A stretch of DNA of 63,962 nucleotides, counting the filler, from Caldilineae bacterium (GTDB taxonomy: Bacteria > Chloroflexota > Anaerolineae > DTLA01), in assembly GCA_037446815.1 (NCBI GenBank). It is 3 parts of 3 records of this genome, joined end to end, with 100 filler letters (N's around TTAATTAATTAA, not from the genome) between each part and the next. Parts side by side here need not be neighbours in the genome. Positions count along the whole stretch, not along the records: positions 1 to 23,728 come from JBBIHX010000035.1; positions 23,829 to 47,422 come from JBBIHX010000036.1; 1 more part is not named here. One strand, 5' to 3'. Position numbers and translations under genes: made by a program. Shown here one piece after another: positions 18,014 through 28,416 of the stretch. Under the pieces are notes generated by a model that worked only from the letters and a program-made list of their open reading frames with translations, searched no databases and was not told the DNA's origin. Positions within the stretch are counted from its first letter, which is position 1, and each line of letters begins with the position of its first letter.

Positions 18014-18694
18014 ATGGCGGTCAAACTGACGTATTACGGCCATGCCTGCTTTCTGGTGCAGGGGGGCGGGAGCACGTTGATCGTGGATCCGTTTCTGGAG
18101 GGCAACCCCACCGCGCCCGTGAAGCCCGCGCAGGTAAAGGTAGACTACGTGCTGGTCTCCCACGCCCACGGGGATCACTGGGGCGACACGGAGGCCATCG
18201 CCCGCGCCAACGACGCGCTGGTCATCGCCAATCATGAGATCAGCGTGCACGCGGCCAACCTCGGCCTGCGCTCCCATGGCATGCACATCGGTGGCGGGTA
18301 CAACTTCCCCTTCGGGCGCGTGCAACTGACCCACGCCCTGCACGGCTCGTCGTTCCCCGATGGCTCGTATGGCGGCAACCCGGCGGGCTTCCTGCTGACG
18401 CTGGAGGGCAAGAACATCTACCACGCCTGCGACACCGGGCTGTTCTACGACATGAAGTTGATCGGCGAGAGGGGTATTGACGTGGCGATCCTGCCCATCG
18501 GCGACAACTACACCATGGGGCCGGAGGATGCGCTCAGGGCGGTGCAGTTGATTCAGCCGAAGGTGGTGATTCCCATCCACTACGGGACGTTTGACATCAT
18601 CAAGCAAGACCCGGAGAAGTTCAAGGCGGCAGTGGAAGCCCACACCAGTGCCAAGTGCGTGATTCTCCACCCGGCGGACTCCCTCCAACTGTAG
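18014..18694 (+). CDS. UPF0173 metal-dependent hydrolase (MBL fold)
   Basis: YYGHACF, SHAHGDH, IYHACDT, LPIGDNYTM, PIHYGTF. Confidence 0.9.
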   Translation: MAVKLTYYGHACFLVQGGGSTLIVDPFLEGNPTAPVKPAQVKVDYVLVSHAHGDHWGDTEAIARANDALVIANHEISVHAANLGLRSHGMHIGGGYNFPFGRVQLTHALHGSSFPDGSYGGNPAGFLLTLEGKNIYHACDTGLFYDMKLIGERGIDVAILPIGDNYTMGPEDALRAVQLIQPKVVIPIHYGTFDIIKQDPEKFKAAVEAHTSAKCVILHPADSLQL

Positions 18695-18800
18695 GGGGCT
18701 GCGAAGACAACCGCAGAGGCGAGGCGACGGCCTTCAGGCCGCGTGCCCACCTCTGCGGTTGTGCTTTCTCCGCGACGGCGGCGATGCGCCCTCGGCGGCG

Positions 18801-19313
18801 CTAGAACTGGATGATGGAGCGCACGTCGTAGCCCTTGAGTTTCTCCACGCCGTGCAGGAAGGTCAAGTCAATCAGAAAGGCCACGCCCACGACCTTGCCG
18901 CCCAATTGCTCAATCAGGGTTGCGGCCGCCTTGGCCGAGCCGCCGGTGGCCAGCAGGTCATCCACGAGCAGGACGCGCTGTCCGGGGCGGATGGCATCCT
19001 TGTGCATCTCCAGCGTGTTGGTGCCGTACTCCAGGGTGTAGGAGGCGCTGATGGTCTCGGAGGGCAGTTTATTGGGCTTGCGCACGGGGACGAAGCCCGC
19101 GCCCAGGATGTAGGCCAGCGGCGCGCCGAAGATGAACCCGCGCGACTCAATGGCCGCCACCAGGTCAATCTCCATCCCCCGGTACGGGGCGGCCATGCGA
19201 TCTACCGCCTCTCTGAATGCTTTAGGGTCTCTGATAAGGGTCGTGATGTCCTTGAACAGGATGCCCTTGACGGGAAAGTCGGGGACGTCGCGAATCATCC
19301 GGGCCAGATCCAT
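18801..19313 (-). CDS. apt: Adenine phosphoribosyltransferase
   Basis: PDFPVKGILFKDITT, ESRGFIFG, RKPNKLP, VDDLLATGG. Confidence 0.97.
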   Translation of the reverse strand: MDLARMIRDVPDFPVKGILFKDITTLIRDPKAFREAVDRMAAPYRGMEIDLVAAIESRGFIFGAPLAYILGAGFVPVRKPNKLPSETISASYTLEYGTNTLEMHKDAIRPGQRVLLVDDLLATGGSAKAAATLIEQLGGKVVGVAFLIDLTFLHGVEKLKGYDVRSIIQF

Positions 19314-19410
19314 GGTTCACTCCTCCTTCACAGATGCGGTCGGTATGGGATGGCATGCCGCGGCGCGTTGTCGCCGATGTGCATTTTAGCCAAAAACGAC
19401 CGCTTGCCAA

Positions 19411-19857
19411 ACGGCGCGTGGGTGGCAGGGAAGGGCTGAAACTCACCGCGGAGAACGCGGCGAACGCGGAGAGACACAGAAGAACCTCTGCCTTCTTTGC
19501 GCTCTCCGCGGTGCAGAATCCCATTCGTGCGGATTCGTGTTATTCGTGGAGGCTGTCCCTTTGACCCCGTTCGCGGGATGTCTCCTACGGCGCGTGGGTG
19601 GCAGGGAAGGGCTGAAACTCACCGCGGAGAACGCGGCGAACNNNNNNNNNNNNNNNNNNNNNNNNNNNNNNNNNNNNNNNNNNNNNNNNNNNNNNNNNNN
19701 NNNNNNNNNNNNNNNNNNNNNNNNNNNNNNNNNNNNNNNNNACGGCGCGTGGGTGGCAGGGAAGGGCTGAAACTCACCGCGGAGAACGCGGCGAACGCGG
19801 AGAGACACAGAAGAACCTCTGCCTTCTTTGCGCTCTCCGCGGTGCAGAATCCCATTC
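19411..19857. repeat. Tandem copies (about 176-bp period) of a CACCGCGGAGAACGC..GCTCTCCGCGGTG hairpin repeat (family G) spanning the scaffold gap
   Basis: 19411-19526 matches 19742-19857; a partial copy at 19587-19641 runs into the Ns. Confidence 0.85.
19642..19741. other. Scaffold gap (100 N)
   Basis: Run of Ns flanked on both sides by the same repeat. Confidence 0.99.
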
Positions 19858-19910
19858 TGGTGCGGAACGCGGGGCGCACTTCGGAAGGGCGTCGCGCGGT
19901 GGGTTTTCCG

Positions 19911-19939
19911 TTGCCCGCGGGCGCAGGGTATGGTATAAT
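19911..19939 (+). promoter_or_regulatory. Sigma70-type promoter
   Basis: TTGCCC, 17-nt spacer, TATAAT with an extended TG. Confidence 0.65.
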
Positions 19940-19971
19940 CTGTCAGGCCAACGCTTGTGCGGGAGGTCGCC

Positions 19972-20820
19972 GTGATCGTTGATGCCCATGTGCACGTGCA
20001 CCGCCCCGAAGTTGCGACCTGTCGGGACGCGTACTGCGCGCGCGATACCTATTTCCAACGGCTTTATGCCGCGCCCAAGTCGCGGCTGGCAACCGTGGAA
20101 GATCTGATCCAAGCGATGGACGAAGACGGCGTGGACGTGGCCGTCATCTGCGGGTTCGCCTGGCACGACATGGGCATTTGCGGGGACGACAACGACTACG
20201 TCATGGAGGCCGTCGCCCGCTACCCGAACCGACTCGTGGGACTGGCCGTGCTCAATCCGTGCGCGGGGGACAAGGCCGTGTACGAGATGGAGCGCTGCGC
20301 CAAGGGCGGGCTGCGCGGCCTGGGCGAGTTGATGCCCGACGGCCAGGGGTACACGCTGGCCGACGTGGACGCCATGCGCCCCATCATGGAGGCGGCCCGC
20401 GCGCTCGGCTGGGTCGTGCTGACCCATTCCAACGAGCAGGTGGGACACGATTACGCCGGCAAGGGCAAGACCGGCCCGGAAGTCGTCCTGCGATTCGCCC
20501 AGGCGTTCCCGGATGCGCGCATTGTCTGCGCCCACTGGGGAGGCGGGCTGCTGTTCTACGAACTCATGCCGGAGGTGCGCCAGAGCCTACGCAACGTGTT
20601 CTACGATACTGCCGCGTCGCCCTACCTGTACGACGACCGCATCTACCGCGTCGCGGCGGAGATCGCGCCCGACAAGATTCTGTTCGGCAGCGATTACCCG
20701 CTCCTTCGCGCGCGCACCTACCTGAAGCGGATACGCGCCGCGGGCCTCGTCGCGGAAGCCGAGCGGGCGATCCTGGGGCGGAATGCCGCGCGGGTCTTCG
20801 GCATCGGAGAGACGCCATGA
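19972..20820 (+). CDS. Amidohydrolase_2 family metallohydrolase
   Basis: DAHVH, GLGEL, CAHWGGG, YDTAA, LFGSDYP. Confidence 0.9.
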   Translation: MIVDAHVHVHRPEVATCRDAYCARDTYFQRLYAAPKSRLATVEDLIQAMDEDGVDVAVICGFAWHDMGICGDDNDYVMEAVARYPNRLVGLAVLNPCAGDKAVYEMERCAKGGLRGLGELMPDGQGYTLADVDAMRPIMEAARALGWVVLTHSNEQVGHDYAGKGKTGPEVVLRFAQAFPDARIVCAHWGGGLLFYELMPEVRQSLRNVFYDTAASPYLYDDRIYRVAAEIAPDKILFGSDYPLLRARTYLKRIRAAGLVAEAERAILGRNAARVFGIGETP

Positions 20821-21161
20821 GCGAGAAGACCATCCGAGACTGGCAGCAAGAGGTGGACGAGTGGGTGCGCACTGTCGGCGGCGGGTACTGGTCGCCGCTG
20901 GTGAACCTGGCGCGCATTGCCGAGGAGGTGGGGGAGACCGCGCGGCTGGTGAACCATCTGTACGGCCCGAAGCCCAAAAAGCCCACCGAAGCGCCCCAGG
21001 AACTTGGCATGGAACTGGCCGACATCCTGTTCGCCGTCATCTGCCTGGCGAACTCGCAGGGGATTGACCTGCAGGACAGTTTCGCGCGCGTGATGGACAA
21101 GTACCGCGTGCGCGACAAAGACCGCTATCGCAATGCCCAGCAGCATGTGGAGGGTTCGTAG
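20817..21161 (+). CDS. MazG-like nucleotide pyrophosphohydrolase (YpjD-like)
   Basis: EEVGE..YGPKPKK..ELADILF..CLANSQGIDL; ATGA overlap with the upstream gene. Confidence 0.9.
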   Translation: MSEKTIRDWQQEVDEWVRTVGGGYWSPLVNLARIAEEVGETARLVNHLYGPKPKKPTEAPQELGMELADILFAVICLANSQGIDLQDSFARVMDKYRVRDKDRYRNAQQHVEGS

Positions 21162-21221
21162 CGCCAGGCCCGTGAGCCTGCGTCTGGCGTCGTGTGCGTT
21201 GGAGTCCCACGGAGGTGAGTT

Positions 21222-22964
21222 GTGAGCGCGAACCGAGGGGGGCGCCCGGTTACCACCCGACTGCGCGCGATGGTGTCGGTGCTCGCCCTGCTGGCGGGGC
21301 TGGCACTGCTTGGATATTCCATCGCCACGGTGGTGCGGGGGCCATCGCGCCCGGCGCCCACGCCCACGCCGCGCCCACGCCCATCCATTGCGCTGGATCC
21401 CGCCGAGGGCTACGCGGGCACCTACGTTGCGGTTACGGGCGTGAACTGGCCGCCTGGGGAGACGGTGTACATCTACCTCTCGCCGCCGTTCGCAGAAGAG
21501 GAGACCTATGCATACGACGGGGCGGAAGTGGGGCCAGATGGCGGGTTCATTGCTGCCATCGTCTTCCCGGATGATCCCGATCTGCTGGATCGCGGCGCGG
21601 TAGGCGTGGTGGCCCGCACCCGTGGGCGTCTGGAAGCGCGCGCCCCCTTCCGCGTGCGCCGGCCCACTCCCATCGCCCCAACGCCCACGGCGACACTGCC
21701 GCCCACGCCCACGGCCCAGCCCACGCCGGCGGCCACCGCCACCTACACGCCGGTTTCCCCCACCGCAACGCCGACCCCGACGCCCCAGCCGCCCACCCTG
21801 TTCACGGGCTGGAAGGGCGAGTATTACAGCAACGCCACGCTATCGGGGGAGCCGACCCTGATTCGCGATGATGACACCATAGACTTCCGCTGGACAACCG
21901 GATCGCCCGACCCCGCGATTCCCGCCGACGAGTTCTCGGTGCGCTGGACGAGGGCGCTGACCCTCGTGGCGGGCACGTATCACTTCCGCGTGCGCGCCGA
22001 TGACGGGTGTCGTCTGTGGGTGGATGGCAAGTTGCTGGTGGACGAGTGGCACGACAGCGCCGAGACCATCTACAGCGCCAGCATCTTCCTCGCGCAGGGG
22101 TCGCACCCCGTGGTGCTGGAATACTACGAGAGCGCAGGCGGGGCGACCGTGGCGCTGGGGTGGGAGTACGAGGACGCCTTCCCCAACTGGAAGGCCGAGT
22201 ACTTCTCCAATACGGCCCTGTCGGGCGCGCCTGTACTGGTTCGGGACGACGAGCAGGTGGATTTCGCCTGGGGGTTGGGCGCGCCCGCCCCGGAACTTCC
22301 CGCCGATGGCTTCTCCGCCCGTTGGACGCGCAAGTGGTACTTCCTGCCCGGCAACTACCGCTTCTACGCCAAGGCGTGGGACGGGGTGCGGGTGTGGTTT
22401 GACGATACGCTGGTCATAGACGAGTGGCACGCCGGCACCGACACCACCTACGCGGGCGACGTGCAGGTGAGCGACACAGGCTGGCATACCGTGCGCATCG
22501 CGTACTACAACCAGGCGGGCAAGGCGGAGGTCAAGGTCTCGTGGGAGGCGCTGGTATCCTACGCCGGCTGGAAGGGCGAGTACTTCTCTAACAAGGACCT
22601 CCGCGGCCAGCCGGTGTTCGTGCGGGATGACCCCAGCCTCAACTTTGAGTGGGGATTGGGAACGCCTGGCCCAGGCATCGGGCAGGACAACTTCTCCGTG
22701 CGCTGGACGCGGGAGTTGGAATTCGCGGCGGGAACGTATGAGTTCACCGTGGTTGTGGATGATGGCGTCCGGGTGTGGCTGGATGACTGGAAGGTGCTGG
22801 ATCAGTGGCAAGACGGGATTCGGCGCACGTACACTGCCGTCTTTGAGGGGTTGAGCGCGGGACGCCACACCATCCGCGTGGAGTACTACGAGCACATGGG
22901 CGAGGCGGTGCTGCGGTTCTGGTGGACGAAGCAGACCGCGCAGCAGGGAAGCCAGGCCCGGTGA
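21222..22964 (+). CDS. Membrane-anchored protein with a Pro/Thr linker and three PA14 domains
   Basis: N-terminal TM helix; three repeats of WKGEYF/YSN...FSVRWT...DDGVRVW...EYYE. Confidence 0.85.
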   Translation: MSANRGGRPVTTRLRAMVSVLALLAGLALLGYSIATVVRGPSRPAPTPTPRPRPSIALDPAEGYAGTYVAVTGVNWPPGETVYIYLSPPFAEEETYAYDGAEVGPDGGFIAAIVFPDDPDLLDRGAVGVVARTRGRLEARAPFRVRRPTPIAPTPTATLPPTPTAQPTPAATATYTPVSPTATPTPTPQPPTLFTGWKGEYYSNATLSGEPTLIRDDDTIDFRWTTGSPDPAIPADEFSVRWTRALTLVAGTYHFRVRADDGCRLWVDGKLLVDEWHDSAETIYSASIFLAQGSHPVVLEYYESAGGATVALGWEYEDAFPNWKAEYFSNTALSGAPVLVRDDEQVDFAWGLGAPAPELPADGFSARWTRKWYFLPGNYRFYAKAWDGVRVWFDDTLVIDEWHAGTDTTYAGDVQVSDTGWHTVRIAYYNQAGKAEVKVSWEALVSYAGWKGEYFSNKDLRGQPVFVRDDPSLNFEWGLGTPGPGIGQDNFSVRWTRELEFAAGTYEFTVVVDDGVRVWLDDWKVLDQWQDGIRRTYTAVFEGLSAGRHTIRVEYYEHMGEAVLRFWWTKQTAQQGSQAR

Positions 22965-23003
22965 GGCGAACCGCCGGAGAGGGCGGGCAATCCGAGGTGA
23001 GCC

Positions 23004-23109
23004 ATGCGCAGGGCGTATTGGCGCTTTCTACGACGAGCAGGTGAAAGAGGTTGTCGGCCTGGCGGACAGTGAGCAGCCGCTGTACCTCATGCCGGTCGGG
23101 CGGCCCTAG
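23004..23109 (+). pseudogene. Remnant of a SagB/ThcOx-type nitroreductase gene
   Basis: 23017-23109 reads IGAFYDEQVKEVVGLADSEQPLYLMPVGRP-stop, typical of the family C-terminus; the RBS and ATG at 23004 are out of frame with it. Confidence 0.65.
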
Positions 23110-23161
23110 CCTGCATGCTGGCGCGGCGCCGCTGCTCCCTCGCCCACCGGGTTAGCCGCGC

Positions 23162-23671
23162 TCATCGGAAGGCGAGCGCAACGCCGGCTGCCCACGTGCG
23201 AATCGCTTCCCAGTCGCGGAAGTCCCCGTCGGGGGCCTTCATCGCCCGAATGAGAAGGCGCAGCAAGAACGGCAGGCGCGCGCTGTTCATCACCCCGGCG
23301 AAAAGCCCCACGTCCACGGGCTTCACGTCGGGCGTCCGGGCGCGGAGCGCGTCCAAATATGCCGCGACGGTGCAGCGGTTCTCGTCGGTGTCGTCCTTCA
23401 TCGTCAGGCAGACGACAAAATAGGCGACGGGGACGCGGCTCAATTCCCGCTCATGCTTCTCCACGAACGCGACGACTTCGGGCATGGGTTTGCCCGCGCG
23501 GATGGCGCTGCCCACGATGACGCCGGTGTAGCCCGCCAGGCTGGTAACGGCGCGCACCGGCTTCACGTCCACCTCAAGCCCCTCGCTGCGCAGCGCCTCG
23601 GCGACCGCCTGTGCGACCGTTTCGGTAGAGCCTGCGCGCGTGGCGTAGGCAATCAAGACTCTGCTGTTCAT
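23162..23671 (-). CDS. Flavodoxin-domain protein (HemG/Flavodoxin_5-like)
   Basis: IAYATRAGST, VIVGSAI, GDFRDWEAIRTWA. Confidence 0.85.
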   Translation of the reverse strand: MNSRVLIAYATRAGSTETVAQAVAEALRSEGLEVDVKPVRAVTSLAGYTGVIVGSAIRAGKPMPEVVAFVEKHERELSRVPVAYFVVCLTMKDDTDENRCTVAAYLDALRARTPDVKPVDVGLFAGVMNSARLPFLLRLLIRAMKAPDGDFRDWEAIRTWAAGVALAFR

Positions 23672-23728
23672 GGCTGCTCCTGGGTATGTTGTGTAATAGG
23701 TCTACTCGGTTTGCGCGCCGGAGGTTCA

Positions 23729-23828
23729 NNNNNNNNNNNNNNNNNNNNNNNNNNNNNNNNNNNNNNNNNNNNTTAATTAATTAANNNNNNNNNNNNNNNN
23801 NNNNNNNNNNNNNNNNNNNNNNNNNNNN
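23729..23828. other. Artificial contig linker
   Basis: 44 N, TTAATTAATTAA (stops in all six frames), 44 N. Confidence 0.97.
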
Positions 23829-23901
23829 GGGAGAGGGTTAGGGTGAGGGCCATGCGCGTTGCCATCCTAAACGCCGCGCGGGGCCAAAGCCGCCGCGCTG
23901 T

Positions 23902-24909
23902 TCAGCAAATCCGGGGCAACTGCTCGCCCGTCAACATCTCCACCACCCTGGACACGCCCAGGATGGTCTTCAGAACCACCCGCCCCGCGTGCGCCTGCGT
24001 CGCATAGCCGATGACGCGCGCGTCGCGGCCCAGCGGGTGCGATTGCATGGCCGCCAGCGCCGCATCCGCGCAATCGGCCGCCACGATCGCCACCAGTTTC
24101 CCCTCGTTGGCCACGTACAGCGGGTCCAGGCCAAGCAGTTCGCACGCGCCGCGCACGGCATCGTTCACCGGAACGGCGCTCTCCTCAATCTCCAGGCCGA
24201 CGCCGCCCGCCTGCGCCAGTTCCACCAACGTCGTGGCCAGGCCGCCGCGCGTGGGGTCTCGCATCACGCGCACGCCCCCGCACGCCACCACCGCCTCCGC
24301 CAGGCCGTTCAGCGGCGCGCAGTCGCTCATCAGCGGCGTGCTCAATCCCAGCCCCTCGCGCTGGGCCATCACCGCGATGCCGTGATCGCCCACGGTTCCC
24401 GACACGAGGACAGCATCGCCGGGGCGGATGTTCTGCGGCGACAGCGCGACGCCTTCCGGGATGACGCCGACCCCCGCCGTGTTGATGAACACCCCATCGG
24501 CGGCCCCGCGGTCCACGACCTTCGTATCGCCCGCCACGATAACCACCCCGGCCTCGCGGGCCGCTTGCGCCGCCGAGCGAACGATGCGCCGCAAATCGCC
24601 GAGGGACAGCCCCTCCTCCAGGATGAAGCCGATGCTCAGATACAGCGGGCGCGCGCCCACCATGCTCAAATCGTTGACCGTGCCGCATACCGCCAGTTTG
24701 CCGATGTCGCCGCCCGGGAAGAAGATGGGCCGCACCACATACGAATCGGTGGTGAAGGCCAGGCGGCCGCTCTGCCGCGGCAGGACGGCGGCGTCGCCAA
24801 GGTCATCCAGGAACGGGTTGGACAACTCGCGCTGAAAGACTTCGCGAATCAGGTCATGCGTCAGCCGCCCGCCGCTCCCATGGGCGAGCAGGATGGTCTC
24901 ATCCCCCAT
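23902..24909 (-). CDS. hypE: Hydrogenase maturation protein HypE
   Basis: LAHGSGG, FTTDSYVV, GDTKVV, RDPTRGG, C-terminal PRIC. Confidence 0.97.
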   Translation of the reverse strand: MGDETILLAHGSGGRLTHDLIREVFQRELSNPFLDDLGDAAVLPRQSGRLAFTTDSYVVRPIFFPGGDIGKLAVCGTVNDLSMVGARPLYLSIGFILEEGLSLGDLRRIVRSAAQAAREAGVVIVAGDTKVVDRGAADGVFINTAGVGVIPEGVALSPQNIRPGDAVLVSGTVGDHGIAVMAQREGLGLSTPLMSDCAPLNGLAEAVVACGGVRVMRDPTRGGLATTLVELAQAGGVGLEIEESAVPVNDAVRGACELLGLDPLYVANEGKLVAIVAADCADAALAAMQSHPLGRDARVIGYATQAHAGRVVLKTILGVSRVVEMLTGEQLPRIC

Positions 24910-25996
24910 CGCTCACGCCTCCGAATTGGTAGTAGGCGGCGCAGGCCCCCTCGGCCGACACCATGCACGGCCCCACCGGATGCTCCGGCGAGCACACCTT
25001 GCGGAACAGGGGGCACGCGGGCGGAGGGAGCACGCCCCGCAACACGTCGCCGCAGCGACATCCGGGGGGTTCTCGCGACGGCGCCACCTCAACCGGGAAG
25101 ACGCGCGCGGCATCGTGCGCCTGAAACGCGGCGCGTATCCGCAGCCCGCTGGCCGGTATCACGCCAAGCCCGCGCCATTCAGCATCGGCCACCTCAAACA
25201 CGCGGCCCATCATGTCCAGCGCCGCGCGGTTGCCCTCGGGCAGCACGCTGCGGGAGTAGGCGTTGTCCACCCACGCCTCGCCCGCGGCGACCTGGTCCAC
25301 GAGCATGGAGATGCCGCGCAGGATGTCCAGCGGCTCAAACCCGGCGATGGCGATGGGCGTGCGGTAGTCGCGGGGCAGAAACTGCCAGCCGTCCGTCCCG
25401 ATGATAGTCGTAACGTGCCCCGGCCCCAGAACGCCCGATAGCCGCACCTCGCCCGCGTCCAAAATCGCGCGGGTGGCGGGCGGCGTCAGTTTGTGCAGGC
25501 ACAGCACGTAGTAGTTGCGAATCCCCCGGCTCTGGGCGTCCAGGATAGACGCCGCCACGCCCGGTGCCGTTGTCTCAAACCCCACGCCCAGGAAGATCAC
25601 CGGCCGGTCTGGTGTCCGCTCCGCCAACCGCACGGCGTCCAGCGGCGAATACACAATGCGCACATCGGCCCCCCGCGACTTGGCCTGTTGGAGGCTTTCG
25701 CGGCTGCCCGGGACGCGAACCATGTCGCCGAAGGTCGTGAGGATCACGCCCGGCACGTCGGCCATGGCGATGGCGCGGTCCAGGTCGGCGGCAGCGGTAA
25801 CGCACACCGGGCACCCAGGCCCCGACAGCATCTCCACCGCCGGCGGCAGAACCTGCCGAATGCCGAACCGCAGAATGGCGTGGGTGTGGCCGCCGCAGAA
25901 CTCCATCAGGCGCATCGGCCGGTCTGCCCGCTGATGAATGCGCTCCACCAGCGCGCGGGCGAGGCGAGGATCCCGAAACTCGTCCACGAATCTCAT
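24899..25996 (-). CDS. hypD: Hydrogenase maturation protein HypD
   Basis: MEFCGGHTH, GPGCPVC, GFETT, PGHV, CMVSAEGAC. Confidence 0.97.
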   Translation of the reverse strand: MRFVDEFRDPRLARALVERIHQRADRPMRLMEFCGGHTHAILRFGIRQVLPPAVEMLSGPGCPVCVTAAADLDRAIAMADVPGVILTTFGDMVRVPGSRESLQQAKSRGADVRIVYSPLDAVRLAERTPDRPVIFLGVGFETTAPGVAASILDAQSRGIRNYYVLCLHKLTPPATRAILDAGEVRLSGVLGPGHVTTIIGTDGWQFLPRDYRTPIAIAGFEPLDILRGISMLVDQVAAGEAWVDNAYSRSVLPEGNRAALDMMGRVFEVADAEWRGLGVIPASGLRIRAAFQAHDAARVFPVEVAPSREPPGCRCGDVLRGVLPPPACPLFRKVCSPEHPVGPCMVSAEGACAAYYQFGGVSDGG

Positions 25997-28395
25997 CGGC
26001 CGATCCTCCCGCAATCGCCACCCGCCTCAAGGACGAAATGACCGATGGCCGCCTGCCCGAGCGATACGCCCCCGTCGTTCGTCGGGACCTGGCGGTGCAA
26101 CAGAACCTGCAGCCCGCGCCCGCGCATTTCGCCCACCGCCTGCGCCAGCAGCAGACGATTCTGGAAACATCCCCCGGAAAGCGCCACCGCCCTGATGCCG
26201 GTGCTCTGTGCCAGCAGGGAGCACACGTCGGCGATCAGCGCCGCGAGCGTCCGATGGAATCGCCCACCGACCTCGCCCAGCGTTCGGCCAGCCTGGACAT
26301 CGCGCACGGCCCCCGCCAGGAGCGGCTTCAGGGCCACCTCGCAGGCCGCGCCTATCGGCGGCAACGCGGACGTATCGCCCCAGCATTGCGGGTCGGCGTA
26401 GCGGAAGAAGTAGCCGTATCCCTCGCGCTCGTCGGCGCGGGATGCCATTTCCATCTCAATGGCCGCCTGCGCCTCGTAGGTAACGCGGCCAAGCCCGCCT
26501 GCCATCGCCGCCACCGCATCAAACAGCCTACCGCAGGAAGTGGTGAGCACCGTGTTGAGACCCCGCTCCACCTGCCGCTGCACGGCAAGTTTCTCGGCCT
26601 CGTCCATCTGCGCCAGGAATGGCAGCGCGGGCACCTCGCCGAACAGCGCGTACAGGTAGGCGTACGCGATGCGGCACGGGTTGCGGATGCCCGCATCGCC
26701 GCCGGGGAGCGGGAGCGGTTCCAACCACGCGGCGCGGTGGAACCCCCGCAGGTCGGCGATGAGCCACTCGCCGCCCCAGATGCGCCCGTCCAGGCCAAAC
26801 CCTGTGCCGTCCAGCGCCACGCCGATGACCGGCTCAGTGGTGCCGTTGTCCACCATGCACGACGCGATGTGGGCGTGGTGGTGCTGGACGCCGACGAGGG
26901 GCAGGTGCTCCCGCTCGGCCCGCTCGTGGGCGTAGCGCGTCGCCAGGTAGTCGGGGTGCAGGTCATGCGCAACCGCCTCGGGACGGAGGCGGAACAGGCG
27001 CTCGTACAGGGCCATCGCCGTCTGATAGTGCTCTAGCGTCTCCAGGTTCTCCATGTCACCGATGTGTGGGCTGACGAACGCATACTCGTCGCGGGTGATG
27101 CAGAACGTGTTCTTGAGTTCCGGCCCCGCAGCAAGCACGGAGCGCGCGCGGAAGGGCAAGCGGATGGGATAGGGCGCATATCCCCGCGAGCGGCGCAGCG
27201 GCTGGGGCACCGCTTCCGCGCCCCCTTTGCCGTCGGGCACGCGCGGTGCGAACCAGACGCTGTCGTCGTAGCGGGCATGGATGCCGCGGTTGTGGAACAG
27301 GAACGCATCGGCGAGGCCGCGCAGCCGACGCCATGCCTCCTCGTTGTCCTGCGCAATCGGCTCCTCGGACAGGTTGCCGCTGGTCATCACCAGGGGCCGC
27401 CCCGCGTCGCGCAGCAGGATGTGGTGCAGCGGCGTGTACGGGAGCATCACGCCCAGGTAGCGGTTGTTCGGCGCGACTTCCGCCGCTACCGACGACTCCG
27501 TCCTCCACTCCAGCAGCACAATGGGGCACTGGCGCGAGGTCAGCAGCACTTCCTCATCGGGCGTTACCTCGCAGTGCCGGCGCACCTCGTCCATGTCGGC
27601 CATCATCACGGCCAGCGGCTTCGCGGGGCGGCGCTTGCGCTCCCGCAGCGTGCGAACGGTGACGGCGTTCGTCGCGTCGCAGGCCAGATGAAACCCGCCC
27701 AGTCCCTTCAGGGCGAGGATGCGCCCTTCCCGCAGCAGGCGTGCCGCCTCGGCGATGACCTCGGCGTTGGTGGGGTCGCCCGCAGGGGGCGCGAGGGCTG
27801 CGGCACCATCCGCTGACGCAGGCGCAAGCCACACCCGCGGCCCGCACACCGGGCAGGCGTTGGGCTGGGCGTGGAAGCGGCGATTCAGCGGGTCGTCGTA
27901 CTCGGCCTGGCACTCCGGGCACATCTGGAACGCCGCCATCGTCGTCATGGGGCGGTCGTAGGGCACGTCGGCGATGATGGTGAAGCGCGGCCCGCAGTTG
28001 GTGCAGTTGATGAACGGGTAGCGATAGCGACGGTCGTGGGGGTCAAACAGTTCGCGCAGGCACTCCGGGCACGTGGCGATGTCCGGCGAGATGAGCACAT
28101 ACCCCGCCTCGGCCCTGCTCTCGCGGATTTCAAACCGCTCCCAGCCGTTGGGCGGGATTTGCTCCCTGTGCACGCCCTCAATGCGCGCCACGGGCGGCGC
28201 TTTGGCGACCAGATCGTGGGCGAAAGCGTCCAGCGCGTCGGGCGGGCCTTCCACCTCTATCACCACGCCCGACGAGGTGTTGATGACCCACCCACGCAAC
28301 CCAAGCCCCACGGCCAGGCCGTACACAAAGGGGCGGAACCCCACCCCCTGCACGACGCCCGTTACCTTGAACCGAAAGGCGACAACCGAGGCCAT
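25993..28395 (-). CDS. hypF: Carbamoyltransferase HypF
   Basis: GVVQGVGFRPF, two CxxC zinc fingers, KGLGGFHL, QHHHAH, NDGGVSLGQ. Confidence 0.97.
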   Translation of the reverse strand: MASVVAFRFKVTGVVQGVGFRPFVYGLAVGLGLRGWVINTSSGVVIEVEGPPDALDAFAHDLVAKAPPVARIEGVHREQIPPNGWERFEIRESRAEAGYVLISPDIATCPECLRELFDPHDRRYRYPFINCTNCGPRFTIIADVPYDRPMTTMAAFQMCPECQAEYDDPLNRRFHAQPNACPVCGPRVWLAPASADGAAALAPPAGDPTNAEVIAEAARLLREGRILALKGLGGFHLACDATNAVTVRTLRERKRRPAKPLAVMMADMDEVRRHCEVTPDEEVLLTSRQCPIVLLEWRTESSVAAEVAPNNRYLGVMLPYTPLHHILLRDAGRPLVMTSGNLSEEPIAQDNEEAWRRLRGLADAFLFHNRGIHARYDDSVWFAPRVPDGKGGAEAVPQPLRRSRGYAPYPIRLPFRARSVLAAGPELKNTFCITRDEYAFVSPHIGDMENLETLEHYQTAMALYERLFRLRPEAVAHDLHPDYLATRYAHERAEREHLPLVGVQHHHAHIASCMVDNGTTEPVIGVALDGTGFGLDGRIWGGEWLIADLRGFHRAAWLEPLPLPGGDAGIRNPCRIAYAYLYALFGEVPALPFLAQMDEAEKLAVQRQVERGLNTVLTTSCGRLFDAVAAMAGGLGRVTYEAQAAIEMEMASRADEREGYGYFFRYADPQCWGDTSALPPIGAACEVALKPLLAGAVRDVQAGRTLGEVGGRFHRTLAALIADVCSLLAQSTGIRAVALSGGCFQNRLLLAQAVGEMRGRGLQVLLHRQVPTNDGGVSLGQAAIGHFVLEAGGDCGRIGR

Positions 28396-28416
28396 GTTCG
28401 GGACAGTCCTCTCCCC

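Noticed and set aside
23773..23784. TTAATTAATTAA palindrome (also 47467-47478)
   Set aside because: It is a synthetic six-frame stop linker centred in N runs.
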